Below, one piece after another: positions 52,711-64,000 of a stretch of 64,000 nucleotides of DNA. The stretch's first letter is position 1. Every line of letters starts with the position of its first letter. This DNA is from Pristiophorus japonicus (Eukaryota): contig NC_091999.1 in assembly GCF_044704955.1 (NCBI RefSeq), positions 35,030,001 to 35,094,000 on the forward strand, in the 5' to 3' direction. The translations under genes and the position numbers were made by a program. The notes under the pieces were generated by a model that saw nothing but the letters and a program-made list of their open reading frames with translations, did not search any database and was not told the DNA's origin.

Positions 52711-55700
52711 CTACACGAGTCAGTGTGAATAGTGCTTCTAGATTTAATGGAAGGAAACGCTTCATATTTTGGACACCTCTACCAGATCAATTTTTATTGT
52801 TCGTTATAATGAAAGAGGATATTTAAAATAAAGGGATCTTATAAATCTGACGCAAATTAGTCAATCGCATGCTGTTATAAAGGCTTAAAGTTCATTGCGA
52901 ATGATGACTTATTGCAGGTTGACTCTATATCTTTAAATGTTTCACAGAATTGCAGCTCAGTGACTGTGCACCTTGTGTTGTGACCCAGGCCAATAGCTGC
53001 ATCTCTCATAGTTTGTCCCTACCTTTAACCTGCTCAAGATGAATTGAACAACATAATGTTTCTAAACACGAGGTCCTCATGACTGTTATTTGAAGCGGGA
53101 GTCTCGATATCCTCCATTTAAATTGTGAAAATAACTTACAGCCTCCCAACAGATCAGAACAGCCGCTGCTATCTGGAGCGTTATTCACTTCCTGAAACGG
53201 TTTGTTCTGAAAGTGAGCTGAGGATCAGGCCAATCGTGTTCAATAGAAATCTGATGCTCAGAATGTTCAAACATGAATAACTCATTAAAAATTTGGCATT
53301 TTTTCAGAAAGAATATAAACATCAATGAATGTGCGTTGTTTAATCTGGGCAATCGGACGATTTATTGTTTATATCTGGCACGAGTAGTTTATCTGCTATT
53401 TGTTAGTGGCACATAACGGTGCCTTGAACATTGCCTGACCAAGCACTCTCAGGTCAGATACAGCACGATACAAGAGCAAAGCTCCCGCTATGCTGTCGTG
53501 TGGGTCAGGCCAGGTATAGCAAGGGTTACACACAGAGTAATATGTTATCTGTACTATCCCGTCAAACATTCCCAGCTCAAGTACTGCAGAGATGTGCTAC
53601 GAAATGTCTCCCCATAAAATGCATTATCAAATTGACCGATTATACTCAGTACAATTATCACACGTACAAAGAAAAGCTTCCCATACACTGCCCCTTTAAA
53701 GCACACCAGCTCACCTATAGCTCTGATTAAATAGAAGATCAATCTATATTGAAGGACCCAATTAAGCTCCACGTCCTTGTAAATAAAAGGTTAAATGTTG
53801 ATTAAAGCTATCTCTGCAATGTCCCATCAAGCAATGCCAGATAAGGTAAAGTATGGGTTAGTTGCAGAGTAAAGCTCCTTCATCACTGTCATATCAAACA
53901 CTCCCAGTGTAGGTACGGCACGAGTTAGATAAACAGTAGATTTCCCTCCACACTGCCAATTAAACACATTCAGGACAGGTCCAGTAAGGCTTGGATAAAA
54001 AATAAAGCTTCCTCTACAATGTCCCATCAAACACTCCCAATACAGGTACAGTGTAAAGCTCCCTCTAGAATGTCCCATTAAACATTCCCAGGGCAGGTAC
54101 AGCGTGGGTAGATACAGACTAAATCTCCCTCTACAGTGTCCCATCAAACAGTCCCAGTGCAGGTACAAAATTGCCAAAATAAATTGGAGCATCCATCTGA
54201 TCAGACGAGGCACTGCTTTCCTGAAACTGTTTGTTCTGAAAGTAAACTTAGGATCAGACCAATCTCATTCAATAATTAACTGATGCTCAACTGTATAACC
54301 ATTACTAATTCAATATCGTATTAGTTAGATGCAGATTGAGGTTTCTTCAATTTGTTTTCGAAAATCACTCGAATCAGATACAGGACAGATTCGATAGAGT
54401 AAATCTCCGTCTTCACTGGTCTGTCTGGCGCTGTAAGGTCATGTAAAGCAAAGGATGAATGCATATTAAACTGCACTACCCTGTAATACGGGTCAAACAT
54501 AGCAAGGTTTAGATTCCGAGTAAAATTATTTCTGCACTGTGCCATCAATCCACACAGGGCAGATACAGCATCGGTCAAGATACAGAGTTGAGCTCCCTCT
54601 ACATTGTCCCATCAAACACGCCCAGAACAGGTACAGCATGGGTCAGCACAGAGTAACACTCCCTCTACATTGTCCCATCAAACACTCCCAGGGCACGTAC
54701 AGCATGGGCTAGATACAGAGTAAAGCTCCTTCTGCACTGTCCCATCAAACACTTCCAGCGTAGGTACAACCGGGTTAGAAACTGATTAAAGCTTCTTCTA
54801 CTTTCCCCCCGTGGTGTTTCGGAACTGCTCCTTCTGACTGTCAAAAGCTGGGTTACTGATCTCATTTCAGCGGCGACTCCTCAACCTTAAAGTCAATCTT
54901 TTACGTTTCTCACATATACCAGTTTCTTAAATAACTGAGTTAAATGACACTCCCCGCAATACACGATCACAATCCAGAAGTTTTGCAACCCGTCAGGAGG
55001 ACTTATGATTCTCACACAGTGAGCAGGCGCACAGGAACAGAACTGACACAAACGGTGCAACAACGGTGCTCCAGTGAGAGAGACCAGTTCTATCTGTTAA
55101 TTTCAATGAAGCTGTTTGATTTCTAATTTATTTCTTGTCAATTTCCAACCACCTCAACTCTGCAGATTTTTTGAAATTAAACTGATCTTTATTTGAGAAA
55201 CTATTCAACATCCAGCCATTCCTCCCTCTCGGTCGACTATCTTGTAAACCGTGTAAAAATTAATTTCCCTGAAAATAAGTATCTGGAAATAATTCTCATT
55301 CCATGGAAAGTGCTGCGCGTTAAACGGGACTAGCTAACAGGGTAAGAATGTCACAATCCAGAGACATATACATTGAAACCTGATCACCCACTGATTTGAC
55401 ATATTTGCAATAGTAAATATAACCTGTAAAATCATCGAGGCAAAATCAACTAAAATATTAAGCGATAGCTTATCGAACTCAGCACAGCCGAGTTATACAT
55501 GCATTATCTTCTAAATTAATTTAGGAATTAATTAAACATTCTCTCCAACCCTTGTGTTAGTGTAATAACTGTAATGTTGACCAGTATGCAATGCAATTGC
55601 AAGAGATCATTTATGTTTAATGAATTAGAACGAATATTACATTTTAAGTTTGTGTTCATGTTAGCTGATTATTGGAAATACTCTGAGTACCTGTCTGGCA

Positions 55701-58332
55701 CTTCCTCCTCAGAAGCACACGTACCTGGAACTTTTGAAATTAACTTAATGTGCTTGAATTTCAGTCTTACTGATACAATTAATGAATAATAATTTAAAAA
55801 TCTTTTCTGCCTGGCAACTTGTGATATATTAAGGTTTACTTAACTTACCATAACAATTCATCAACAGTAAAATATTAAGCAGCATATTAATACATAAATA
55901 CAATCAGAAAAATAAATTATTTTTACTTAACTCAAATCACATTTGACTAATTGACGATAATTACGCAGTTCTACTTCTGTCCCGTTCTCTACCGATACAT
56001 TTTTAAATTCTACATATTCTGACATAACAAAAACTGCGTCTATTTTCAGAGTACATTGCACATGATGGATTGAGGAGTGGACTATTTTAAATAGTTCACT
56101 GTCCGGCCCGGGTCACAAGTCCGATGTGCTGTAAACCACGTGTTTACTAAACTGGACTCTCGAGCTGAAATATTCTCCACAATCTTAACTTCCCAAAAAT
56201 GGTTTTCTTAATTAAAACCAGTTTGCAGTCAGTAGCAGAACTTCTGCTATTTAATAACACAGACAATCATTTACAGTTCACTCCCATTATTCACACAATG
56301 CCCCCAAATTAATTATTAAATACATTCTGCTATTTCTTGAAACTAATTTCCAGAATGGTTAGTGTAAAACTGTAGGATAACAAATCATTCAGGCCATCTG
56401 CGACACTGAACCTGAATGAGCAAATGGAGGAGAGACTTTGTTCATCAATTTAATATTAATAATAATTAACATAATTCTCAGATATGACCTGTGCTTTGTC
56501 TACCGTTCTATCCCTTATATAGCACCGCTTTGGGAGAAAGGAAGTTGTGTTAAATTCTAAACAAGATGAACATTTTTTAAGTAAATTAATCTGCTTGAAT
56601 TTCAATGGATTATTTGCCTATCTCCAGCCTATGCAGTCTTGAATTTGAATATAATCACATGAATAATTCTTTGACTGCCGGTGACGCCTGACTCACAGCC
56701 TCTGATCTTGCAAACTGTTTAAGATTAGTTTAGTGATAATTCTATCGGTATCAAACAAAACACAATAGTGATTCAATAACAAATTTCGGTTGCACAGTAA
56801 GAATTTCATATTAAATTGACAAAATGCAATTTACAACACGGCTTTGAGTTATAATTAAAGACACTGCCAATCATCTCTGTAAACAGGAGGTAAAAAGTAA
56901 CTGAACTCCCGACTCAAACTGAACACACGGTGGAATCAATATGTTGTCAGTGAACTAATTGCAGGCATAATTAATAATTGTATCCAGCCTCTAAAAGTTT
57001 CTGCTCCTCTTAATGGAGCCCAGTGTACAGCAGGATTTTGGAAGGCAAATAATATTAAGAAAATTATATTGATATTATAACATATTTTAATAACATTGGA
57101 AGATATTATCGCATTATAATATTATAATCGGTTTGTTAATCGTAATTTATTTCAGCTACAACCTGAATAATTGCTAATTATATAGCTGGTAATTACAGTT
57201 ACGTTTCACTCAGTAAATATCAGCATCGTAAACATAAATTTATAGTTGAATATATAATTATCACCAATAATTGTTATGTTAAAATATATTTCAATGATTT
57301 CTGATTCCTAAAACCTTCCTGTTCTCTGCCTACAATCTGCTTTCAAACAGTTTCAAACACATATCTTGTTTGTATTCGATCAGGAACCTGCTGCTGCCCG
57401 CTGTCACCGATATTAAACATTGTAGAAACGCCAAATAGTTTCACAAATTTTTGGTATTCTGAATAACACCGGCACAAACTCTCCTCAGCAGATCAATACG
57501 AAATCACATCACTGAGGGGCGGACAGAACCTTTCATGAACAGATCCTTCATTCTCTAAACCATTTCAGCAGAATTAAATGTATCATTGCAAAAAGTCTCT
57601 TTACAGAATCACCGAAGCCGCCTAAAACTAATATAACTAATGATTGAATTCAACTGAAATATAAAATAATGACAGCAGAATTGTGATTTGATGGATCATG
57701 TAAAATACATTAATGTTAATATTATAGCATATTTTAATAATAATGGGTGATATTACTACATCATTATAATGTTAGTAATATTAATTTAAATCAGGTCCAT
57801 CTGGAAATGTGTTAATTTTTCAGTCCTTAATTACAGCAACACTTCACGTATTGAATCTGTGCATTCGGGAACATTCGGTCAGTAGATGACAAATGTAATT
57901 TTCACTAAAATCTTTAAATTCCTTAAGAATATATATTGAGCGCTAAGATTTATGTTATGTGTTTAAAATGTTCTTTCAAAAATATTTAAACACAATGTTT
58001 GTATTCGATCAGAAAAATTGCAGCAATCATAGCTCACCGAGATTAAACATTGCAGAAGTGTCAAACAGTGTAACAACTTTAAAGCATTTAACGTAACTCA
58101 AGCACAGAAACTCGTTAGCAGATAAACACCAAATCACTTCAACAACAACTTATGTGGAGAAACAGTTGAATTCTATAATCACTTTGTAGCAGAATTACAT
58201 AAAACATTGAAAAATCTCAATAGAGAACCCACCGAACCCAAGTTTCAGTGAACGAAATAAGTATTAAAATAAAGAGAAATGTAAAATAAAGGCACAAATA
58301 CAACAGTTGCAGAATGTATGAATGTTCTTTAC

Positions 58333-58397
58333 CTGCAATCACCGTCACCATGGTCCCTGGTCCCCAGTAGCCCATGGCGTCCTTATTCCCGTGGTCC
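58333..58397 (-). CDS. IGHJ: Fused D-J segment (DHGNKDAMGYWGPGTMVTVIA), apparently germline-joined
   Basis: 65 nt from heptamer to phase-1 GTAAAG donor (58332); WGxG J motif; open in the J frame; no separate J 22/23-RSS seen. Confidence 0.88.
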
Positions 58398-58425
58398 CAC
58401 AGTGATAGGAACCCGTACAAATATT
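58398..58425 (+). promoter_or_regulatory. 12-spacer RSS 5' of the D/J segment (D1-type position)
   Basis: CACAGTG (58398-58404) + 12-nt spacer ATAGGAACCCGT + ACAAATATT (58417-58425); faces the V 23-RSS in deletional orientation. Confidence 0.9.
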
Positions 58426-58830
58426 GCATTCAGTCCCTGCTCAGTACTGATTCTCAACATTCATTCGAAATACACATGCACTTCAAATACAAATTCGCTT
58501 CTTATCAAGTTTAGAATTTAGCCAACAGTTTGTAGAACAAATAGAAGGAGAACACAGTTCTCACCAGCTCCCTGCAGGTATCAGGTACAGTGAATCGAGC
58601 ATCATGTCCAGCTGGGCAATTGTTGACACTGTTAACATTAAACAGGAGCACAACAGAAACCTCCCTCTGTACATTGGTTACAGTGTTATATTTTCACCAT
58701 TGAATTATCAGTGTCTTAGTTTTGTAAGAAGCGGTTTGTGGTCTGGTTTTGAACAATGCCGTTATCACTGCATTTGACACAATTACTGACCGTCAGGTTA
58801 TGATGGACGTTATTGAATTCCCCCTCGATC

Positions 58831-58869
58831 TGTTCTTGTATGGGTCCAGCCCTGGTTCCTCTCGCTGTG
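58831..58869 (-). promoter_or_regulatory. VH 23-spacer recombination signal sequence
   Basis: Heptamer CACAGCG (58869-58863), 23-nt spacer, nonamer ACAAGAACA (58839-58831), immediately after YYCAR-CAC. Confidence 0.93.
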
Positions 58870-59174
58870 GTGCCTTGCACAGTAATAGATGGCGGTGTCT
58901 TCGCTCCGCAGTTTCTTCATGTCCAACGCGAAGATGTTGCTTGAAGTATCTTTGGACACAGTAAATCGGCCCTCAGTCCCCGGGGTGTAATGCTTGTCCG
59001 ATGAACTGTAATATCTAATCAGCCACTCCAGCCCCTGTCCGGGAACGTGGCGGACCCAGTACATGTAGCTGCCACCAAGATCTAAGCCGCTGGTTTTACA
59101 GGTCAGTCTCAGGGAGCCCCCGGGAATCCTGGTCTCTGCCTCGGGCTGAGTCAACACCATATCCGACTGGACAC
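58870..59174 (-). CDS. IGHV: Immunoglobulin VH exon, open and unrearranged
   Basis: Acceptor tttctacag; [12 protein letters not shown]...LTCKTSG...[12 protein letters not shown]...RFTVSKD...[10 protein letters not shown] with canonical Cys/Trp/YYC; no stops. Confidence 0.97.
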
Positions 59175-59299
59175 CTGTAGAAATAATCAAAAACCCCGAG
59201 GATCAATCCTGGTGAAACGATTCCTAATTCTGTAACATTCCAGAGAGACTAACACTGAGACAGGAACAATGAAAGACTTGGACAATAAAAACTACTCAC

Positions 59300-59345
59300 G
59301 GGAAAAGAAAGCCAGCAACAGACTGAGAGAAATAGCCGACCTCAT
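59300..59345 (-). CDS. IGHV: IgM heavy chain leader exon (MRSAISLSLLLAFFS-R)
   Basis: ATG at 59345; hydrophobic signal peptide; phase-1 GTGAGT donor at 59299; splices in frame to the V exon (R-VQS). Confidence 0.93.
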
Positions 59346-59437
59346 CCTCCTGGCAATGTGTGGTGAATGGTTTCGGCAAGAACTCACTGGGCAAACGCAC
59401 TCCCAGACTGTTGTATTGCGGTCCCAGTGACCGGCAG

Positions 59438-59520
59438 TTAAATACCCGGGAGGTGGGGGCGAGGTTACAGGCGCCGCCCGCTGATTCCCTGATAGAGGCG
59501 GATTCTGGGTCCACGTCACT
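59438..59520 (-). promoter_or_regulatory. VH promoter: TATA-like TATTTAA and CRE-like AGTGACGTGG
   Basis: TATTTAA at 59444-59438 (~95 nt upstream of ATG); AGTGACGTGG at 59520-59511; no ATGCAAAT octamer seen, consistent with shark VH promoters. Confidence 0.6.
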
Positions 59521-59769
59521 CCTTCCACATCACCAACAGAATGGACTCACATCTGGACTGTAAATAAAATCAATTTATTTCCTCACTGCTTCACAGGGTC
59601 GTGAATCTCTGAGATTGAAATACATTATCAGGTTCTAAAGACACGGCCAGTTTGTGTTTCTCCATCTCCTGCTATATATCCATGCATCTGTACCAATAAA
59701 GTATCCCCTATAATCTGAATTGTTATCACTCTATGTAACCGAGTGCGGGAGATGGGTATAAAAGATGGG

Positions 59770-59950
59770 TATAAAAGGCTCAGCAGTCCGGGGAGCGTCG
59801 GGAGACGCGGGAGTCGAGAGAGGCAGCGGCCTATAAAAGGCTCAGCAGTCCGGGGAGCGTCGAGAGACGCGGGAGTCGAGAGAGGCAGCGGCCTATAAAA
59901 GGCTCAGCAGTCCGGGGAGCGTCGAGAGAGGCGGGAGTCGAGAGAGGCGT
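59770..59950 (+). repeat. ~62-bp tandem repeats (about 3 copies) in the CR1 5'UTR, each with TATAAAA
   Basis: ataaaaggctcagcagtccggggagcgtcg recurs at ~59771, 59833 and 59895. Confidence 0.9.
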
Positions 59951-60128
59951 ACTTGTGCAGCTCCAGCTGAGAGAAGTCAAAAAAGAAGTAGAAAGAAATC
60001 AAAAGGTGACGTCACAGCCAACGTGGTAAGTGATTGGCTGCTGATTGGTGAGTAGTTTTTCTTTTTCTTTTTAGTCAGTAACTTTTAACATTGTTGTCGG
60101 CAATTTAAGTGTATCTAAGGGTTAAGTC

Positions 60129-61076
60129 ATGGCAGGACAGCTCGGTCACGTGATATGCTCCTCCTGTACCATGTGGGAACACGGGGACAACACCAGTGTC
60201 CCTGACGACTACATGTGCGGAAAGTGTGTCCACCTCCGGCTACTGACGGTCCGCGTTGCGGAGTTGGAGCTGAAGGTGGATTCACTCTGGAGCATCCACG
60301 ATGCTGAGAATGACGTGAGTATCACGTGTAGCGAGTTGGTCTTACCGCAGGAGAAGGGTCCACAGCCAGCGAGGGAATGGAAGACCAGCAGGAAGAGTAG
60401 TGCAAGGAAGGTAGTGCAGGGGTCCCCTGTGGTCATCCCACTGCAAAACAGATACACTGCTTTGAGTGCTGTTGAGGGGGATGACTCATCAGGAGCGGGC
60501 AGCAGCAGCCAAGTTCATGGCACCGTGGCTGGCTCTGTTGCACAGGAGGGCAGGAAAAAGAGTGGGCGAGTGATAGTGATAGGGGATTCAATTGTAAGGG
60601 GAATAGATAGGCGTTTCTGCGGTCGCAACCGAGACTCCAGGATGGTATGTTGCCTCCCTGGTGCAAGGGTCAAGGATGTCTCGGAGCGGGTGCAGGACAT
60701 TCTAAAAAGGGAGGGAGAACAGCCAGTTGTCGTGGTGCACGTTGGTACCAAAGACACAGGTAAAAAAAGGGATGAGTTCCTACGAAATGAACTTAAGAAG
60801 CTAGGAGCTAAATTAAAAAGTAGGACCTCAAAAGTAGTAATCTCGGGATTGCTACCAGTGCCACGTGCTAGTCAGAGTAGGAATCGCAGGATAGCTCAGA
60901 TGAATACGTGGCTTGAGCAATGGTGCAGCAGGGAGGGATTCAAATTCCTGGGGCATTGGAACCGGTTCTGGGGGAGGTGGGACCAGGACAAACCGGACGG
61001 TCTGCACCTGGCCAGAATCGGAACCAATGTCCTCGGGGGAGTGTTTGCTAGTGCTGTTGGGGAGGAGTTCAACTAA
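60129..61076 (+). CDS. CR1 ORF1p (Cys-rich zinc finger, coiled coil, SGNH/GDSL esterase)
   Basis: 315-aa ORF with CxxC...CxxC, LELKV heptads, IGDSIVRG, HVGTKD and DGLHL motifs. Confidence 0.9.
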   Translation: MAGQLGHVICSSCTMWEHGDNTSVPDDYMCGKCVHLRLLTVRVAELELKVDSLWSIHDAENDVSITCSELVLPQEKGPQPAREWKTSRKSSARKVVQGSPVVIPLQNRYTALSAVEGDDSSGAGSSSQVHGTVAGSVAQEGRKKSGRVIVIGDSIVRGIDRRFCGRNRDSRMVCCLPGARVKDVSERVQDILKREGEQPVVVVHVGTKDTGKKRDEFLRNELKKLGAKLKSRTSKVVISGLLPVPRASQSRNRRIAQMNTWLEQWCSREGFKFLGHWNRFWGRWDQDKPDGLHLARIGTNVLGGVFASAVGEEFN

Positions 61077-64000
61077 TATGGCAGGGGGATGGGAACCAAT
61101 GCAGGGAAATAGAGGGAAACAAAAAGGAGGCAAAAACATATGACAGAAAGGAGATGAGGAAAAGTGGAGGGCAGAGAAACCCAAGGCAAAGAACAAAAAG
61201 GGCCATTGTACAGCAAAATTCTAAAAGGACAGAGGGTGTTAAAAAAACAAGCCTAAAGGCTTTGTGTCCTAATGCAAGGAGTATCCGCAATAAGGTGGAT
61301 GAATTAACTGTGCAAATAGATGTTAACAAATATGATGTGATTGGGATTACGGAGACGTGGCTCCAGGATGATCAGGGCTGGGAACTCAACATCCAGGGGT
61401 ATTCAACATTCAGGAAGGATAGAATAAAAGAAAAAGGAGGTGGGGTAGCATTGCTGGTTAAGGAGGAGATTAAGGCAATAGGTAGGAAGGACATTAGCTT
61501 GGATGATGTGGAATCTATATGTGTAGAGCTGCAGAACACTAAAGGGCAAAAAACGTTAGTGGGAGTTGTGTACAGACCTCCAAACAGTAGTAGTGATGTT
61601 GCGGAGGCATCAAACATGAAATTAGGGGTGCGTGCAATAAAGGTGCAGCAGTTATAATGGGTGACTTTAATATGCACATAGATTGGGCTAACCAAACTGG
61701 AAGCAATACGGTGGAGAAGGATTTTCTGGAGTGCATAAGGGATGTTTTTTTAGACCAATATGTCGAAGAGCCAACTAGGGGGGAGGCCATCTTAGACTGG
61801 GTGTTATGTAATGAGAGAGGGTTAATTAGCAATCTCGTTGTGCGAGGCCCCTTGGGGAAGAGTGACCATAATATGGTGGAATTCTGCATTGGGATGGAGA
61901 ATAAAACAGTTAATTCAGAGACCATGGGTCCAGAACTTAAAGAAGGCTAACTTTGAAGGTATGAGGCGTGAATTGGCTGGGATGGATTGGCGAATGATAC
62001 TTAAGGGGTTGACTGTGGATGGGCAATGGCAGACATTTAGAGACCGCATGGATGAACTACAACAATTGTACATTCCTGTCTGGCATAAAAATAAAAAAGG
62101 GAAGGTGGCTCAACCGTGGCTATCAAGGGAAATCAGGGATAGTATTAAAGCCAAGGAAGTGGCATACAAATTGGCCAGAAATAGCAGCGAATCTGGGGAC
62201 TGGGAGAAATTTAGAACTCAGCAGAGGAGGACAAAGGGTTTGATTAGGGCAGGGAAAATGGAGTATGAGAAGAAGCTTGCAGGGAACATTAAGACGGATT
62301 GCAAAAGATTCTATAGATATGTAAAGAGAAAAAGGTTCATAAAGACAAACGTAGGTCCCCTACAGTCAGAATCAGGGGAAGTCATAACGGGGAACAAAGA
62401 AATGGCGGACCAATTGAACAAGTACTTTGGTTCGGTATTCACGAAGGAGGACACGAACAACCTTCCGGTTATAAAAGGGGTCGGGGAGTGTAGTAAGGAG
62501 GAGGATCTGAGGGAAATCCTTATTAGCCGTCAAATTGTGTTGGGGAAATTGATGGGATGGAAGGCCGATAAATCCCCAGGGCCTGATGGACTGCATCCCA
62601 GAGTACTTAAGGAGGTGGCCTTGGAAATAGTGGATGCGTTGACAGTCATTTTCCAACATTCCATTGACTCTGGATCAGTTCCTATGGAGTGGAGGGTAGC
62701 CAATGTAACCCCACTTTTTAAAAAAGGAAGGAAAGAGAAAAAAGGGAATTATAGACCGGTCAGTCTGACATCGGTAGTGGGTAAAATGATGGAATCAATT
62801 ATTAAGGATGTCACAGCAGTGCATTTGGAAAGAGGTGACATAATAGGTCCAAGTCAGCATGGATTTGTGAAAGGGAAATCATGCTTGACAAATCTTCTGG
62901 AATTTTTTGAGGATGTTTCCAGTAGAGTGGATAAGGGAGAACCAGTTGATGTGGTATATTTGGACTTTCAGAAGGCGTTCGACAAGGTCCCACACAAGAG
63001 ATTGATGCGCAAAGTTAGAGCACATGGGATTGGGGGTAGTGTACTGACATGGATTGAGAACTGGTTGTCAGACAGGAAACAAAGAGTCGGAGTAAATGGG
63101 TACTTTTCAGAATGGCAGGCAGTGACTAGTGGGGGAACGCAAGGTTCTGTGCTGGGGCCCCAGCTGTTTACACTGTACATTAATGATTTAGATGAGGGGA
63201 TTAAATGTAGTATCTCCAAATTTGCGGATGACACTGAGTTGGATGGCAGTGTGAGCTGCGAGGAGGATGCTGTGAGGCTGGAGAGCGACTTGGATATGTT
63301 AGGTGAGTGGGCAAATGCATGGCAGATGAAGTATAATGTGGATAAATGTGAGGTTATCCACTTTGGTGGTAAAAACAGAGAGACAGACTATTATCTGAAG
63401 GGTGACAGATTAGGAAAAGGGGAGGTGCAAAGGACCTGGGTGTCATGGTACATCAGTCATTGAAGGTTGGCATGCAGGTGCAGCAGGCGGTTAAGAAAGC
63501 AAATGGCATGTTGGCCTTCATAGCAAGGGGATTTGAGTACAGGGGCAGGGAGGTGTTGCTACAGTTGTACAGGGCATTGGTGAGGCCACACCTGGAGTAT
63601 TGTGTACAGTTTTGGTCTCCTAACCTGAGAAAGGACATTCTTGCTATTGAGGGAGTGCAGCGACGGTTCACCAAACTGATTCCCGGGATGGCGGGACTGA
63701 CCTATCAAGAAAGACTGGATCAACTGGGCTTGTATTCACTGGAGTTCAGAAGAATGAGAGGGGACCTCATAGAAACATTTAAAATTCTGACGGGGTTAGA
63801 CAGTTTAGATGCAGGAAGAATGTTCCCAATGTTGGGGAAGTCCATAACCAGAGGTCACAGTCTAAGGATAAGGGGTACGCCATTTAGGACCGAGATGCGG
63901 AGGAACTTCTTCACCCAGAGAGTGGTGAACCTGTGGAATTCTCTACCACAGAAAGTTATTGAGGCCAATTCACTAAATATATTCAAAAAGGAGATCGATG

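Larger units (their letters stand above)
59740..64000 (+). mobile_element. Near full-length CR1-clade LINE (5'UTR repeats, intact ORF1, frameshifted ORF2); runs off the window end
   Basis: ORF1 at 60129-61076; APE endonuclease (NARSIRNK, GITETWL, GDFN, SDHN) and RT (YLDFQKAFDKVPH, QGSVLGP, KFADD) split over several frames. Confidence 0.95.

Noticed and set aside
53430-54810. Repeats in the J-CH1 intron as a class-switch region
   Set aside because: It is the same dispersed satellite found elsewhere in the window; it is not AGCT/G-rich switch-like, and sharks lack conventional S regions.
54900-58330. Additional D or J segments or signal joints in the J-C intron
   Set aside because: No heptamer-spacer-nonamer sets or WGxG coding segments found by eye; a computational RSS scan was not possible.
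58870-59174. IgW or IgNAR assignment, or an IgM1gj-type gene
   Set aside because: Four C domains with mu-type sequence and tailpiece; CH2 is present and V is not joined.
61838-63463. Autonomous active LINE ORF2
   Set aside because: ORF2 is broken by several frameshifts (~61600, ~61925, ~63430), unless these are sequencing errors.

Overview
Repeat-rich vertebrate genomic DNA, almost certainly from a cartilaginous fish, judging by the cluster-type IgH locus, shark-like Cmu sequence and CR1/RTE/Deu-SINE content. The one clear host gene is a complete IgM heavy-chain cluster on the minus strand (~40.9-59.5 kb): promoter, leader, VH with 23-RSS, a single 12-RSS-flanked D/J segment, CH1-CH4, secretory tail, TM1 and TM2. 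Two things about it are unusual. (1) There are no free D segments: a D1-type 12-RSS abuts a 65-nt in-frame segment running straight into J. This looks like a germline pre-joined V-(DDJ) cluster needing only one RAG event. (2) The TM1 donor and TM2 acceptor each lack one G, so canonical splicing would replace the conserved KVK cytoplasmic tail with NQVMV. Downstream of the gene lie a decaying ~2.4-kb tandem tDNA array (Asp-Ser-Leu plus a Deu-SINE) and two truncated retrovirus-like elements, one with a tRNA-Arg PBS and coiled-coil gag, one with a class-I-fusion-like env remnant and accessory membrane ORFs. The window also holds a full-length decayed Ty3/Gypsy element with TSD, many CR1/RTE/L2/Tx1 LINE pieces, minisatellites, a 1.3-kb inverted duplication and a CpG island with an orphan candidate first exon. 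Coordinates were read by hand; repeat boundaries are approximate.
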